Assembly: GCA_045651805.1 (NCBI GenBank)
Contig: JAZRTB010000090.1
Span: 13,295 to 77,294 of the forward strand
Direction of reading: 5' to 3'
DNA: 64,000 nt
From: Clostridia bacterium
GTDB taxonomy: Bacteria; Bacillota; Clostridia; UMGS1883
Below, in pieces: positions 1 through 8,418 of this stretch (positions within the stretch are counted from its first letter, which is position 1; each line of letters opens with the position of its first letter). A program made the translations under genes and the position numbers. Below the pieces are notes generated by a model that had not been told where the DNA came from, did no database searches, and saw only the letters and a program-made list of their open reading frames with translations.

Positions 1-2928
1 CAATATACCTGATCTAAAGTCTATATTTGCATAAACGCCATTAGCTATTATAGAATCTTTAATAGTTAATTCTGTTCCTGTAACTGATACGGCTGAACGG
101 CAGCCCGAAATATAACAGTTTTCAATGGTTACTGTTCCCCACGCTCGTACCGCAGACACACCATAATTTGTATCATTTACATTCATAGCAACAGTCGTAA
201 ATTCTTTTCCGACAATACCTATATTTTTCAAGATTGCACCGTCGTAAAGGTGGAATACCGCACCATTCTTTTCGCTGATAGGTGCATTTTCCATTTTTAC
301 AGTAAAGCCATTGCCATATACCACACCACTTGCACTTAATGTACTTGATGTACTTACATCATTCAACAAAACTGTATTTCCACTAAAGGATGCTGTCGTT
401 GTGTTCTTCGCATCAACTACTTCAAGATACAACACCGTCGGTGCACAGTAATCGTAGTCCTGAATTGTAACCTTAACAACGCCTGTTCCGTCAAATTCAA
501 TAGTGCCCTTTGTCCAGTCGGTTGTGTTTGCAGTAAATGTACCGCTTACGGTTGAATTTTTATCAACTTTGTCAATAGTTGCAACAACACCTGAATTATT
601 AATGATTGCGCCATCTATTGCTTTAAACAATGTACCTAAAGTTACAGGACTTCCGCCTTTTTCTTCTTCTGTATCTCCATTACCAACACGATAGAGGAAA
701 TCGCCTGTGAATTTTGTTTCAAACTTCTCTACAGAATCTGCAACTTCTCTGTCAAGAATTGTTATTCCTTCAAAAGCGTAATCTTCTCCGTTATAAACGG
801 GGATATGCTTCACACCCCAACCATAACCTGTGAAAAGCTGATTGAAGGGCAGATAAACAATCTGATTATTTTCTTTAAGAACAGTCTTGCCGTCAACAGT
901 TTCCTCACCTGCATCGGTGTGGAGGTGCTGTTTCAATGTTCCGTCAGCATTTTTCACGATATGATAACAAGTCTTTGTATCGCCTGAAATCAAGAGGAAG
1001 TTCCCAATCTTTGTCCAAGTATCGCCGCTCTTGATTTCGTCAAGACTTGAAATCTGTGTCAATCTTGAGAACTGATGATCATGAGTATATGATGCGAGGG
1101 AGTTTGCTACGAGTTCACAATACCAATAACTATTCCAATCTCCGAAGTGAACTGTACACCCTTCAGCGTGGAATTTATCAGTTTCGGGAACTGTGTAGCC
1201 GTCCTTATCGGTAGTCATATTCTTATTAGTACCGACCATCATACCTGAATAGCGATACCAATAATACTGGTAGTTACCGCAGACATCGTTATATACATCA
1301 AGCTGTGCCGCAACGTGGCAGTTAGTCATATAAACATGCCCTGCACCGCGGAACATACCCACAAGACCGCCACAGGCAACGTCATAGCTACCCCAAAGAG
1401 CGGAGATTTTGTTAGTGTTATCAATAGTGATATTTGTGAATGTAAGCTTGTATGTATTAGGATCATCTGCATTACCGCCGATACCTACAACACCGCCGTT
1501 ACCTGTGTTATATACACGGGGATTACAGTTTGTGATAGCGATATTTTCAAATGTAGAATTTACGGCATACGCTGCGATAACACCGGTAGGTGCATATTCA
1601 CCGTCGGAGGAGAAATTGTCAACTGTAAGATTCTTTACAGTACCACCGTTCACATATCCGAAAAGACCCATTGCATCATTGTAGTAATTTCCGTCGTAAT
1701 CTCCCTTGATTTCCCAGGTATTCTGATAGAAATTAGCTATTTTATGTCCGTTACCGTTAAATGTACCTTCAAAGGATCGAACTGTACTTGACGGAGCAGA
1801 AGAATTACCATTGTAATAATAACCAATAGGATAGAAGATAAGACTTTCATTTGCGTTTTCTTTATCACCAAGGTTAATATCTGCGGCAAGCGTTACAGTT
1901 TTGCCGGCGAAGCTGTCTTGTGCCTGTCCATTCATACCACCAACGATAGCACCAAATGCCGCGAGCTGGTCCGCGTTTGCGATAACGTAATCAGTTGCTC
2001 CATCTTCTGCTATGGTTGTAATGTTATTATACCAACTATAATCGAAGTTACCTTCCCACGCATTTTCAGTATCTGCAACTACTGCCACCTCGCTGAAGGT
2101 TGCCATAGCAAGGGTAAGGGTGCCTGTAAGGGCATCGTAATGGAACTGATTATGTGTTGTAAGGTTTTCAATGCTGTCAACCTGTGTCATCAGTACATTT
2201 TTGCCGTTTTCGACATGGTAAAGTGCAAGGTTACCCTTGTTCATACCTTTCATAACGACATTTTCAATTTTTACGATTACCGGGACAGTATTTTCCTTTG
2301 AAATACCGTCTATATGAACATCCACAGGGATGATGATTTCGTTTTCATTTGCTTTGATACCGCTTCCGGTATTTTCAAGTTCTTTAACAGTCAGAACAAC
2401 ATTTGTAACACCGTCTTCAATTTTTGTTCCTGTTTTTACGATTGCACTTACAGAGTCCTGACTAAGGCTCACTTCACGGGTTGTAATATTGTTTTCAGCA
2501 GTTACGGTTGCACTTGCCGAAATATTAACCGACTTTCGGGTGATTTCGTTTTCATTGCCAAGCAAAGATACAAGACTGCCCATACTATCCACAGCAAAAA
2601 CCTTTACAGCATCAGTACCATTCACACCAATAACCTCTGTTGTATGCTCAACTTTCTGACCTTGGGTAAGTCCTGTTAATTTTTCCATAGAAGCATTCTG
2701 TAGTGTACCGTCAGAACCGTAACGGGCAGTAATCACCGTCGCTTCACTTCCCGGTGCAGTAAAATTCACCTTTGCAAATACGCTTTCTTCGTTTGTTATT
2801 TTTTCAATTTTCTCATTTGCAGAATTATAAAATTCTACAGTTCCCAATTCGGCAAACGCAACAAACTGCATTGTCGAAAAAAGCATCGTTATGCAAATCA
2901 ATAATGATAAAAATTTATTAAATCTCAT
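1..2928 (-). CDS. Giant secreted surface protein, right-handed beta-helix repeat type (partial; C-terminal part runs off the window)
   Basis: Absent from the ORF track because it is edge-truncated. My own minus-strand translation starts at ATG 2928, with AGGAGG 6 nt upstream. It gives the signal peptide MRFNKFLSLLICITMLFSTMQFVAFA. I read no stop in this frame down to base 1 (it ends ...YANIDFRSGIL). Repeated GxFGxVxGGTVKNLTV-type turns are present. The + strand ORFs at 503-2679 are antisense shadows. Confidence 0.8.
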   Translation of the reverse strand, partial: MRFNKFLSLLICITMLFSTMQFVAFAELGTVEFYNSANEKIEKITNEESVFAKVNFTAPGSEATVITARYGSDGTLQNASMEKLTGLTQGQKVEHTTEVIGVNGTDAVKVFAVDSMGSLVSLLGNENEITRKSVNISASATVTAENNITTREVSLSQDSVSAIVKTGTKIEDGVTNVVLTVKELENTGSGIKANENEIIIPVDVHIDGISKENTVPVIVKIENVVMKGMNKGNLALYHVENGKNVLMTQVDSIENLTTHNQFHYDALTGTLTLAMATFSEVAVVADTENAWEGNFDYSWYNNITTIAEDGATDYVIANADQLAAFGAIVGGMNGQAQDSFAGKTVTLAADINLGDKENANESLIFYPIGYYYNGNSSAPSSTVRSFEGTFNGNGHKIANFYQNTWEIKGDYDGNYYNDAMGLFGYVNGGTVKNLTVDNFSSDGEYAPTGVIAAYAVNSTFENIAITNCNPRVYNTGNGGVVGIGGNADDPNTYKLTFTNITIDNTNKISALWGSYDVACGGLVGMFRGAGHVYMTNCHVAAQLDVYNDVCGNYQYYWYRYSGMMVGTNKNMTTDKDGYTVPETDKFHAEGCTVHFGDWNSYWYCELVANSLASYTHDHQFSRLTQISSLDEIKSGDTWTKIGNFLLISGDTKTCYHIVKNADGTLKQHLHTDAGEETVDGKTVLKENNQIVYLPFNQLFTGYGWGVKHIPVYNGEDYAFEGITILDREVADSVEKFETKFTGDFLYRVGNGDTEEEKGGSPVTLGTLFKAIDGAIINNSGVVATIDKVDKNSTVSGTFTANTTDWTKGTIEFDGTGVVKVTIQDYDYCAPTVLYLEVVDAKNTTTASFSGNTVLLNDVSTSSTLSASGVVYGNGFTVKMENAPISEKNGAVFHLYDGAILKNIGIVGKEFTTVAMNVNDTNYGVSAVRAWGTVTIENCYISGCRSAVSVTGTELTIKDSIIANGVYANIDFRSGIL

Positions 2929-2930
2929 AC

Positions 2931-3182
2931 TCAGCCTCCTTGTCTGTTATTTCTTTTAAAAAACGCGACCAGTTTTTCAAAAGCTCCCTGTTTTTTATTT
3001 TCCGTATCTTCGGTGTCTTCAGTAATTACTACACCGTTTATCGGATCATAAAAAGCACAATTACACCCGTCATAACTGTCAAAGTACGGGCACACAGGGG
3101 AGTTTTCATCTATCAGATAGCTATTCTTTCCCGTCTTGCAGTCAGGACAAATTATTCTTTTGGGGTTCTTCTTTTTTTCCAT
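2931..3182 (-). CDS. Small Cys-rich protein (hypothetical)
   Basis: This is the 2931..3215 track ORF. I prefer the internal ATG at 3182 because AAGGTGGA lies 5 nt upstream. It has CPDC...CPY...CNC cysteines. Its stop sits 2 nt before the next gene's start, and that gene's RBS lies inside this ORF's 3' end. Confidence 0.5.
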   Translation of the reverse strand: MEKKKNPKRIICPDCKTGKNSYLIDENSPVCPYFDSYDGCNCAFYDPINGVVITEDTEDTENKKQGAFEKLVAFFKRNNRQGG

Positions 3183-3753
3183 CTGTTTCCACCTTGTTTT
3201 CGCTTTTAGGTTCAAGTGGGTTTACTTCAAGCCTTCCGGGCATTCTTGATATAAATTCTTTTTTCTCACGCCTTTTCTCATGTATCCATCTACGACCAAT
3301 GGGAGCAAGAAAAACAGAGATAAAAAGTATGATGTGGCATAAAATTATCGATACAATCGAAGAAATTCCAAAATTCGAAAATCCCAGAAAGTATGTCACC
3401 AGAAAAATCCACGAGTAGACTTTTCTTAAAGTTATGCTTGAAAGAATTATTCCCGCTGTTATATATGCAATGACACTTACTGTTGCATATATAGTTACAG
3501 AACACAGATTTGCAATAAAAAATGACTTTTCATTGCTCATTATCAAATAGCATTTTCTTAATCTGAAAAAATTTCTTATTATATAAATAAACGGGAGTGC
3601 TGTCAGTGCAAAACTTCGTTGCAAACTTCCCACCGGCATAGGGCCGGTTATACAAAGCAGACATATAAATGCCGACATTACAACAGAATCCAAAAACATT
3701 TCAATTGTTCGGTCTATTATTGCCTTTTTTACTTCTTTTGTCAATTTTTGCAT
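3142..3753 (-). CDS. Multi-pass membrane protein (hypothetical), first gene of the operon ending in the 1..2928 surface protein
   Basis: 203-aa ORF with several hydrophobic helices and a charged C-terminal tail. It is co-directional with the downstream genes and overlaps them. Confidence 0.6.
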   Translation of the reverse strand: MQKLTKEVKKAIIDRTIEMFLDSVVMSAFICLLCITGPMPVGSLQRSFALTALPFIYIIRNFFRLRKCYLIMSNEKSFFIANLCSVTIYATVSVIAYITAGIILSSITLRKVYSWIFLVTYFLGFSNFGISSIVSIILCHIILFISVFLAPIGRRWIHEKRREKKEFISRMPGRLEVNPLEPKSENKVETDGKKEEPQKNNLS

Positions 3754-3775
3754 TTTAAATTTCCTTTTTAAAGTA

Positions 3776-3807
3776 TTTGCACAAGGAGCTTTTGCCCCTT
3801 GTGCAAA
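3776..3807. other. Palindrome TTTGCACAAGG-N10-CCTTGTGCAAA (hairpin; terminator or operator)
   Basis: Perfect 11-bp arms lie 22 nt upstream of the 3753 start and downstream of the 3994..6915 unit. A T-run follows only on the + strand, so the role is ambiguous. Confidence 0.4.
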
Positions 3808-3845
3808 TTTTACTAATTAGTTTGAGATTTTTCATTCTACAAGAA

Positions 3846-3974
3846 TTAGCCCAGCGGCATTTCGTTTTCGTTATATTCGCCGTCTTCGCTTTCTCCGTTT
3901 CCACCAGCTGATGTCTGAATAACATCCACAAGTTCAAACTCGAGAATTTCAATCTCAGGTTTCATGTAATCCAT
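3846..3974 (-). CDS. Small acidic peptide, 42 aa (hypothetical; below the ORF-track size cutoff)
   Basis: My own translation is MDYMKPEIEILEFELVDVIQTSAGGNGESEDGEYNENEMPLG. AAAGGAGA lies 8 nt upstream of the ATG. The ORF begins 19 nt after the stop of the 973-aa surface protein. Confidence 0.35.
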   Translation of the reverse strand: MDYMKPEIEILEFELVDVIQTSAGGNGESEDGEYNENEMPLG

Positions 3975-3993
3975 GATATATTCTCCTTTCTAA

Positions 3994-6915
3994 TTAGTGC
4001 AAATAGTTATATGCCGAAGTTGTAAACTTCGCTATTGCAGTATATACATCTCCTTTTTCGATGTTTCTCTTCAAGTATCCGTTTATACTATCTATAAGAG
4101 TACTATATACTGTTCCGTCTGCATTGTAGACAGTTATTGTTACAAGCTGTGCTGCATCTGCAACAACAAGGTTATCAACACACACACCATATGTTGTACT
4201 ATTAAACTTATAAAAATCTTTACCGTCTACTTCAAGCGTTTTTTTATGTCCATAATGATCTGTAAATGATGCTACCGCATACATATCAGAAGTGAGATTT
4301 TTGAAATAACCGGTAAGCTTAATATTGTTTTCCAATGTTACTGTTGTTCCTACATACTTACTGTCTGAAACTTTTTCATTTTTAAGATGACTTACATCTG
4401 CAGTTGCATACTTCTGATATTTTTCAGCATTGGCATTAGCAGGTTTTTCAGTATTATAGTTAAAATACGCTTGTGTTGCAGCACCATAATTAAGCATATC
4501 TACAAGAGCAGTTCTTAACTCGCTATTAGTTGTTGTTTCTATTGTACGATAAGCATATGCACTCAAACCATCAACCTTAGTATTACTTACTTGTGTTCCG
4601 TCTGTCTTGTAGATTGTTACATGGATTTCATCAGCAATCTGTTTAGCTGCAAGATTTGAATAATTCATCACATAGTAATCCACACCAGAAAGCTTTCTTG
4701 CTTCCCACTCTGCAAACTCATATCTTTTTTCATTGATTTTTCCATCAGGTAAATAATGCTCTACAACTGCGTAATAATCTTTTCCTTCGAAATATTCTTG
4801 TTTTGCAAAGAAACTAATCTGCATAGAATTTCCAAGAGTTACTGTTGCACCACTAAAATCAAACAACTTTGCAACTTCAAAATCTTTTGCTACATAATTA
4901 TAATCTGTAACTTTATAAACATTTGTATTGTTTACAATAGCTTCTGCTGCTGCCTTCTCACCTTTTGAATTATCTACCACAGCAAGCTCAAGATTTACTG
5001 TAAGGTTGGGGTTAGCTGCAAGAATTTCGGGAGTGAGATACAATGCACACTTGAAATCTTTAACGCCGCTGCAAATGTAGTCATATTTCTGACCAAGACC
5101 TACTCCGAGCATTACGGGATAACGAACACCTTTTTCGATTTTCATACCGTCAACAGGAACCTTAACCCAACCAAAATCACCATAGTAACCTGCAAGATAA
5201 CATCCGTCAGCAACGAAGCTATCGTTTTCAAGGCCATCAAATGTAAGCACAAAATCTGCATACCAGTCTGCATAGGGACTTGTCTTCATATCTTCAGCAT
5301 TCTGATCCGCAACAAACTGCATTACAAAGCTGAGGGGGAGTTCTTTATCGCCCTTTGAAGTATAGTTTTTACCATCCCATATGCCATATCCTCCCGCAGG
5401 AAGAGTCTGTGCGCCAAGGTTATTAACCGTTGCTGTAGGAGCCTTGCCGATCACTTCATTACCGTTAAGGTCAGGGATTTTTGCATAACCAAGGTCTTCC
5501 ATATCGTATGTATACCCATCAACCTTTTCAAATTCTGCATTAACTGCCTTTTCTTTAGTTTCAGCAAGACCGAGGTCAAGATTTACATTGATTCCGGGAT
5601 TTGCCGCGATTACTTCAGGAGTGAAGTATATACCACACACAAATTCTCCTACTGAACTGCAAATATCAACATAGCTATAGTCAAAGCCTACACTTGTAAT
5701 TACAGGATATGTCTTATCTTTTTCAACAGTAAAACCATCAAGAGGGATCTTAACCCAAATACCATAAGAGGGGTAATAACCTGCAAGATAACATCCATTA
5801 CCTACAAAATTATTTGAAAGTCCGTCAATCTTAATGAAGAAGTCTGTTGTGTACTCTGCATATGCATTAGCCTCTGCCTCTGCTTTGCTATCCTTTGCCA
5901 CGAACTTCATCGCAACATCAAGGTCAAACGACTCTTTAGATGATCCTTTTAATTTTCCGGTAGTAAGATCATATACATAATATGAATCTCCGAAATTCAA
6001 ATCACCGTTGCCATTTTTGTCCGTAACTGTAATTGCACCAAGATTTGACACTTCCGCTTCGGGGAGAACCTTGGGAGCAGGAGTCCAGATTCCTTCCTGT
6101 ACATTCATATTGCTTGACTCAATATCAACAAAGTTCATATTGCTGCCTGCATTAGGAGTAAGAGTGTTTCCAGTTGCAGTTACAACAACAGTCTTAGAAT
6201 CGGTGTATGAAGTGATTTTTACATACTGACCATTCATAATATTGTTTGTAAATGTAATCTCGCCTGCCGCACTTACATTTACTTCAGCGTCTGTAATTTT
6301 GTTTCCTGTTATAACAACAGATTTTGCATCACCTTTTCCACCTTCGTTATCAGAGATTGCTCTTCTCCAACCGATAAATTCAGAATCAGTAACTTTTACC
6401 GCTACATCACTGAGTGCATCACCTGCACCTTCACCGAAGATGATTGCTCTTGTATTATTTGCATAGCCGTTACCGATAAATTTACATTTTTCAACAGTCA
6501 GATTCTTCTTTGATGAAATTGCACGGAATCTACCGCTGAACTCTGATTGTGCTTTTGTCATATCAATGGTAAGATTCTTAACAGTTGCATTGTCTTCAAA
6601 TCTGAATACTGAATAATAGTTATAACCATCATTAACAACATTTGTAACTGTTATTTTATGACCATTACCGTCGATTGTTACGGGATTTTTTATTTTACCA
6701 CCGGTGTTTCTTGAATCCCATTTGTAATCAATTGTTACATCAGAAAGAAGTGTAAGGGTGTCACCGGCTTTAAGCGCCTTAAGCGCTGCTTCAAGTGTTG
6801 CATAAAAAGTATCACCAATCTTTGCAACTGCTGTTTCTTCTGCCATTGCTGTAATTCCTACGCTAAGGAGCATTGAGATTGCAACAAGCAGTGATAAAAT
6901 TTTGTTGATTTTCAT
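3994..6915 (-). CDS. Secreted surface protein with an N-terminal beta-helix region and a tandemly duplicated ~155-aa domain
   Basis: 973-aa ORF with signal peptide MKINKILSLLVAISMLLSVGITAMA. The AKIGDTFYATLEAALKA... opening is typical of beta-helix proteins. An internal duplication spans aa ~287-452 and ~495-647 (CYLAGYY...W[VI]K[IV]P[LV]DG...YLTPE[IV][IL]AANP). Confidence 0.85.
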   Translation of the reverse strand: MKINKILSLLVAISMLLSVGITAMAEETAVAKIGDTFYATLEAALKALKAGDTLTLLSDVTIDYKWDSRNTGGKIKNPVTIDGNGHKITVTNVVNDGYNYYSVFRFEDNATVKNLTIDMTKAQSEFSGRFRAISSKKNLTVEKCKFIGNGYANNTRAIIFGEGAGDALSDVAVKVTDSEFIGWRRAISDNEGGKGDAKSVVITGNKITDAEVNVSAAGEITFTNNIMNGQYVKITSYTDSKTVVVTATGNTLTPNAGSNMNFVDIESSNMNVQEGIWTPAPKVLPEAEVSNLGAITVTDKNGNGDLNFGDSYYVYDLTTGKLKGSSKESFDLDVAMKFVAKDSKAEAEANAYAEYTTDFFIKIDGLSNNFVGNGCYLAGYYPSYGIWVKIPLDGFTVEKDKTYPVITSVGFDYSYVDICSSVGEFVCGIYFTPEVIAANPGINVNLDLGLAETKEKAVNAEFEKVDGYTYDMEDLGYAKIPDLNGNEVIGKAPTATVNNLGAQTLPAGGYGIWDGKNYTSKGDKELPLSFVMQFVADQNAEDMKTSPYADWYADFVLTFDGLENDSFVADGCYLAGYYGDFGWVKVPVDGMKIEKGVRYPVMLGVGLGQKYDYICSGVKDFKCALYLTPEILAANPNLTVNLELAVVDNSKGEKAAAEAIVNNTNVYKVTDYNYVAKDFEVAKLFDFSGATVTLGNSMQISFFAKQEYFEGKDYYAVVEHYLPDGKINEKRYEFAEWEARKLSGVDYYVMNYSNLAAKQIADEIHVTIYKTDGTQVSNTKVDGLSAYAYRTIETTTNSELRTALVDMLNYGAATQAYFNYNTEKPANANAEKYQKYATADVSHLKNEKVSDSKYVGTTVTLENNIKLTGYFKNLTSDMYAVASFTDHYGHKKTLEVDGKDFYKFNSTTYGVCVDNLVVADAAQLVTITVYNADGTVYSTLIDSINGYLKRNIEKGDVYTAIAKFTTSAYNYLH

Positions 6916-7200
6916 CTTTTATATCTTCCTTTCCTAAAGATGTCTGGGGTTAACCGACCCCTTCGGGCAGAAATTGTCTTTTTAGCAGCTGATTCTGCAC
7001 GTACGCTGCTTTGCCGTTACAGGCATATCTATGTAAAACCCTTTCGGGGACTGTAGTTTAAAGACGCGGTTTTATTATTCCCGAATTTATTGTCACAAAT
7101 AATGCTTGAATCATGTGGTATGTAGAAAGCATTTTCCTAAGATGTCTGCATAATACAACGCACGTCTTTTATGAAAAACAGAAATCTGTTTTCATCACAG

Positions 7201-7461
7201 TTAATATTTCTTTGCTTTAAATTTCATTCTGCTTGCAAAAAAACCTCCCACAAGCGGAATGAGACTTACATATAGCCGTTTTTTCTCGTATTGCCAGTAT
7301 TGCCTTTTTTCATAAGAATCACTGAATAAAATCTTTCTGTATATTCTGTCATAAGCATCAACAAACGGAAAATAAACAGCTACAATAAACTTCATCATCA
7401 GCAGTACAAAAATTGCAATTATCACCAGTGCCGCTGCTATCCAAAAAAAGCCATTCTCCAT
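7201..7461 (-). CDS. Small membrane protein (hypothetical), co-transcribed with the TetR-family gene
   Basis: The track ORF is 7201..7503. Three in-frame starts exist (GTG 7503, ATG 7479, ATG 7461) because of an 18-bp tandem duplication. ATG 7461 follows GGTGGAG. There is one clear TM helix (FFWIAAALVIIAIFVLLMM). Confidence 0.55.
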   Translation of the reverse strand: MENGFFWIAAALVIIAIFVLLMMKFIVAVYFPFVDAYDRIYRKILFSDSYEKRQYWQYEKKRLYVSLIPLVGGFFASRMKFKAKKY

Positions 7462-7499
7462 ATTTGTCAACTCCACCATGTTTGTCAACTCCACCCTTT

Positions 7500-8048
7500 T
7501 CACATTACTTCCAACACATTGTGTAAAAACTTCATCTGCATTTCAGATGCTTCTCTGTCTTCCCAGATAACATAGTCAACCACTACTGAAATCAAGGTAT
7601 AAATGATTGGTGCTACTTTTTCAGGAGTGGAATCTATTATTTTCGCCAATTGAACAATGTTTTCGCCATATCCTTCCTTGAAGTCTTCGGCTTTGACTCT
7701 GATAGCATTTCCGTATTCCGGACTTGCCGCAAACTGAAACACAAGTCTTAATTCCTGTTTATATTGATCAATCTCGTCAAGAAACTCATTAAAAAACACA
7801 TCAGGCGTTTTCATTTTTTCAAAAACAAAATCAAAGATTCTTCCAACAACCTTTGTAATGCCATACTTCACAACACTTATGTAAATATCATCTTTTCCTT
7901 CAAACCAGTAATAAATGCTTCCGTATGAAATATTCATAGCTTTACACAAATCTCTTACAGAAGTATTTTCAAGACCGTTATTCACCAGATATTTAAAAGA
8001 CGGTTCCAGAAATTCTTTTTCTATATCCTTCACTATCTGTTCACGCAT
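7500..8048 (-). CDS. TetR/AcrR-family transcriptional regulator
   Basis: 182 aa. The N-terminal HTH (NTSVRDLCKAMNISYGSIYYWF) is typical of the TetR family. RBS GAAAGAGGTG. Confidence 0.85.
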   Translation of the reverse strand: MREQIVKDIEKEFLEPSFKYLVNNGLENTSVRDLCKAMNISYGSIYYWFEGKDDIYISVVKYGITKVVGRIFDFVFEKMKTPDVFFNEFLDEIDQYKQELRLVFQFAASPEYGNAIRVKAEDFKEGYGENIVQLAKIIDSTPEKVAPIIYTLISVVVDYVIWEDREASEMQMKFLHNVLEVM

Positions 8049-8120
8049 ATTTATTACGCACCTCTTTCACACGCAATATTTTCTCGAACACTTGCTATAA
8101 AATCGACTAAAAAAAATTTC

Positions 8121-8148
8121 TTACCACATAATCGAAATTATGTGGTAA
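8121..8148. repeat. Recombinase core-type site, left copy (TTACCACATAAT-CGAA-ATTATGTGGTAA)
   Basis: It has 12-bp inverted arms around an asymmetric 4-nt centre. The 26 bp at 8123-8148 are the exact reverse complement of 8382-8407. Confidence 0.8.
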
Positions 8149-8180
8149 AAAACAGTTTAACGCTATCTAAATGCTGGCTA

Positions 8181-8209
8181 ATTGTATCATCGAAGACGTT
8201 GTTTGTCAA
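8181..8209 (-). promoter_or_regulatory. Sigma-A-type promoter TTGACA-17-TACAAT inside inverton 1, currently firing toward the TetR operon
   Basis: The reverse complement of 8181-8209 is TTGACAaacaacgtcttcgatgaTACAAT, with an exact 17-nt spacer. Confidence 0.7.
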
Positions 8210-8268
8210 TAGTCTACATACAAAAAAATAGTATTTTAGGCAGAATGACAAAAAAATATATAGACAAA

Positions 8269-8303
8269 CAGACCAATGTTGTTGAAAATTTACCATTGGT
8301 CTG
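8269..8303 (-). terminator. Hairpin with T-rich tail inside inverton 1 (insulator between recombinase read-through and the promoter)
   Basis: 10-bp stem CAGACCAATG/CATTGGTCTG with a 15-nt loop. On the minus strand it is followed by TTTGTCTATATATTTTTTTG. Confidence 0.45.
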
Positions 8304-8381
8304 CTTGTGATGCGTTTTTTTCTTGAGTTGTGACAGTTTATAATGTAATTTAAACAGGATCACTCAACTATTCAATTTTTC

Positions 8382-8407
8382 TTACCACATAATTTCGATT
8401 ATGTGGT
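8382..8407. repeat. Recombinase core-type site, right copy (TTACCACATAAT-TTCG-ATTATGTGGT)
   Basis: It is inverted relative to 8121-8148, and its centre TTCG is the reverse complement of CGAA. It sits 11 bp from the recombinase stop. Confidence 0.8.
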
Positions 8408-8418
8408 TTTTTTGTTTT

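Larger units (their letters stand above)
8149..8381. other. Putative invertible DNA segment (inverton 1, 233 bp) carrying a promoter and a hairpin
   Basis: Bounded by the inverted sites at 8121-8148 and 8382-8407. It lies immediately downstream of a tyrosine recombinase gene and contains no convincing ORF. Confidence 0.6.

Noticed and set aside
503-2679. Six + strand track ORFs (60-158 aa) in the first 2.7 kb
   Set aside because: They lie antisense to a single uninterrupted minus-strand frame (1-2928) that has an RBS, a signal peptide and beta-helix repeats. Their low-complexity, Cys- and Ile-rich translations are typical shadow ORFs.
6916-7200. Possible c-di-GMP riboswitch in the surface-protein leader (ACGGCAAAGC and CCCGAAAGGG elements; AACCGACC on the opposite strand)
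   Set aside because: The matches to the GEMM-I and GEMM-II cores that I can recall are partial. One has an extra base and one lies on the wrong strand. I cannot reconstruct the required helices, so I left it as an unassigned structured leader.
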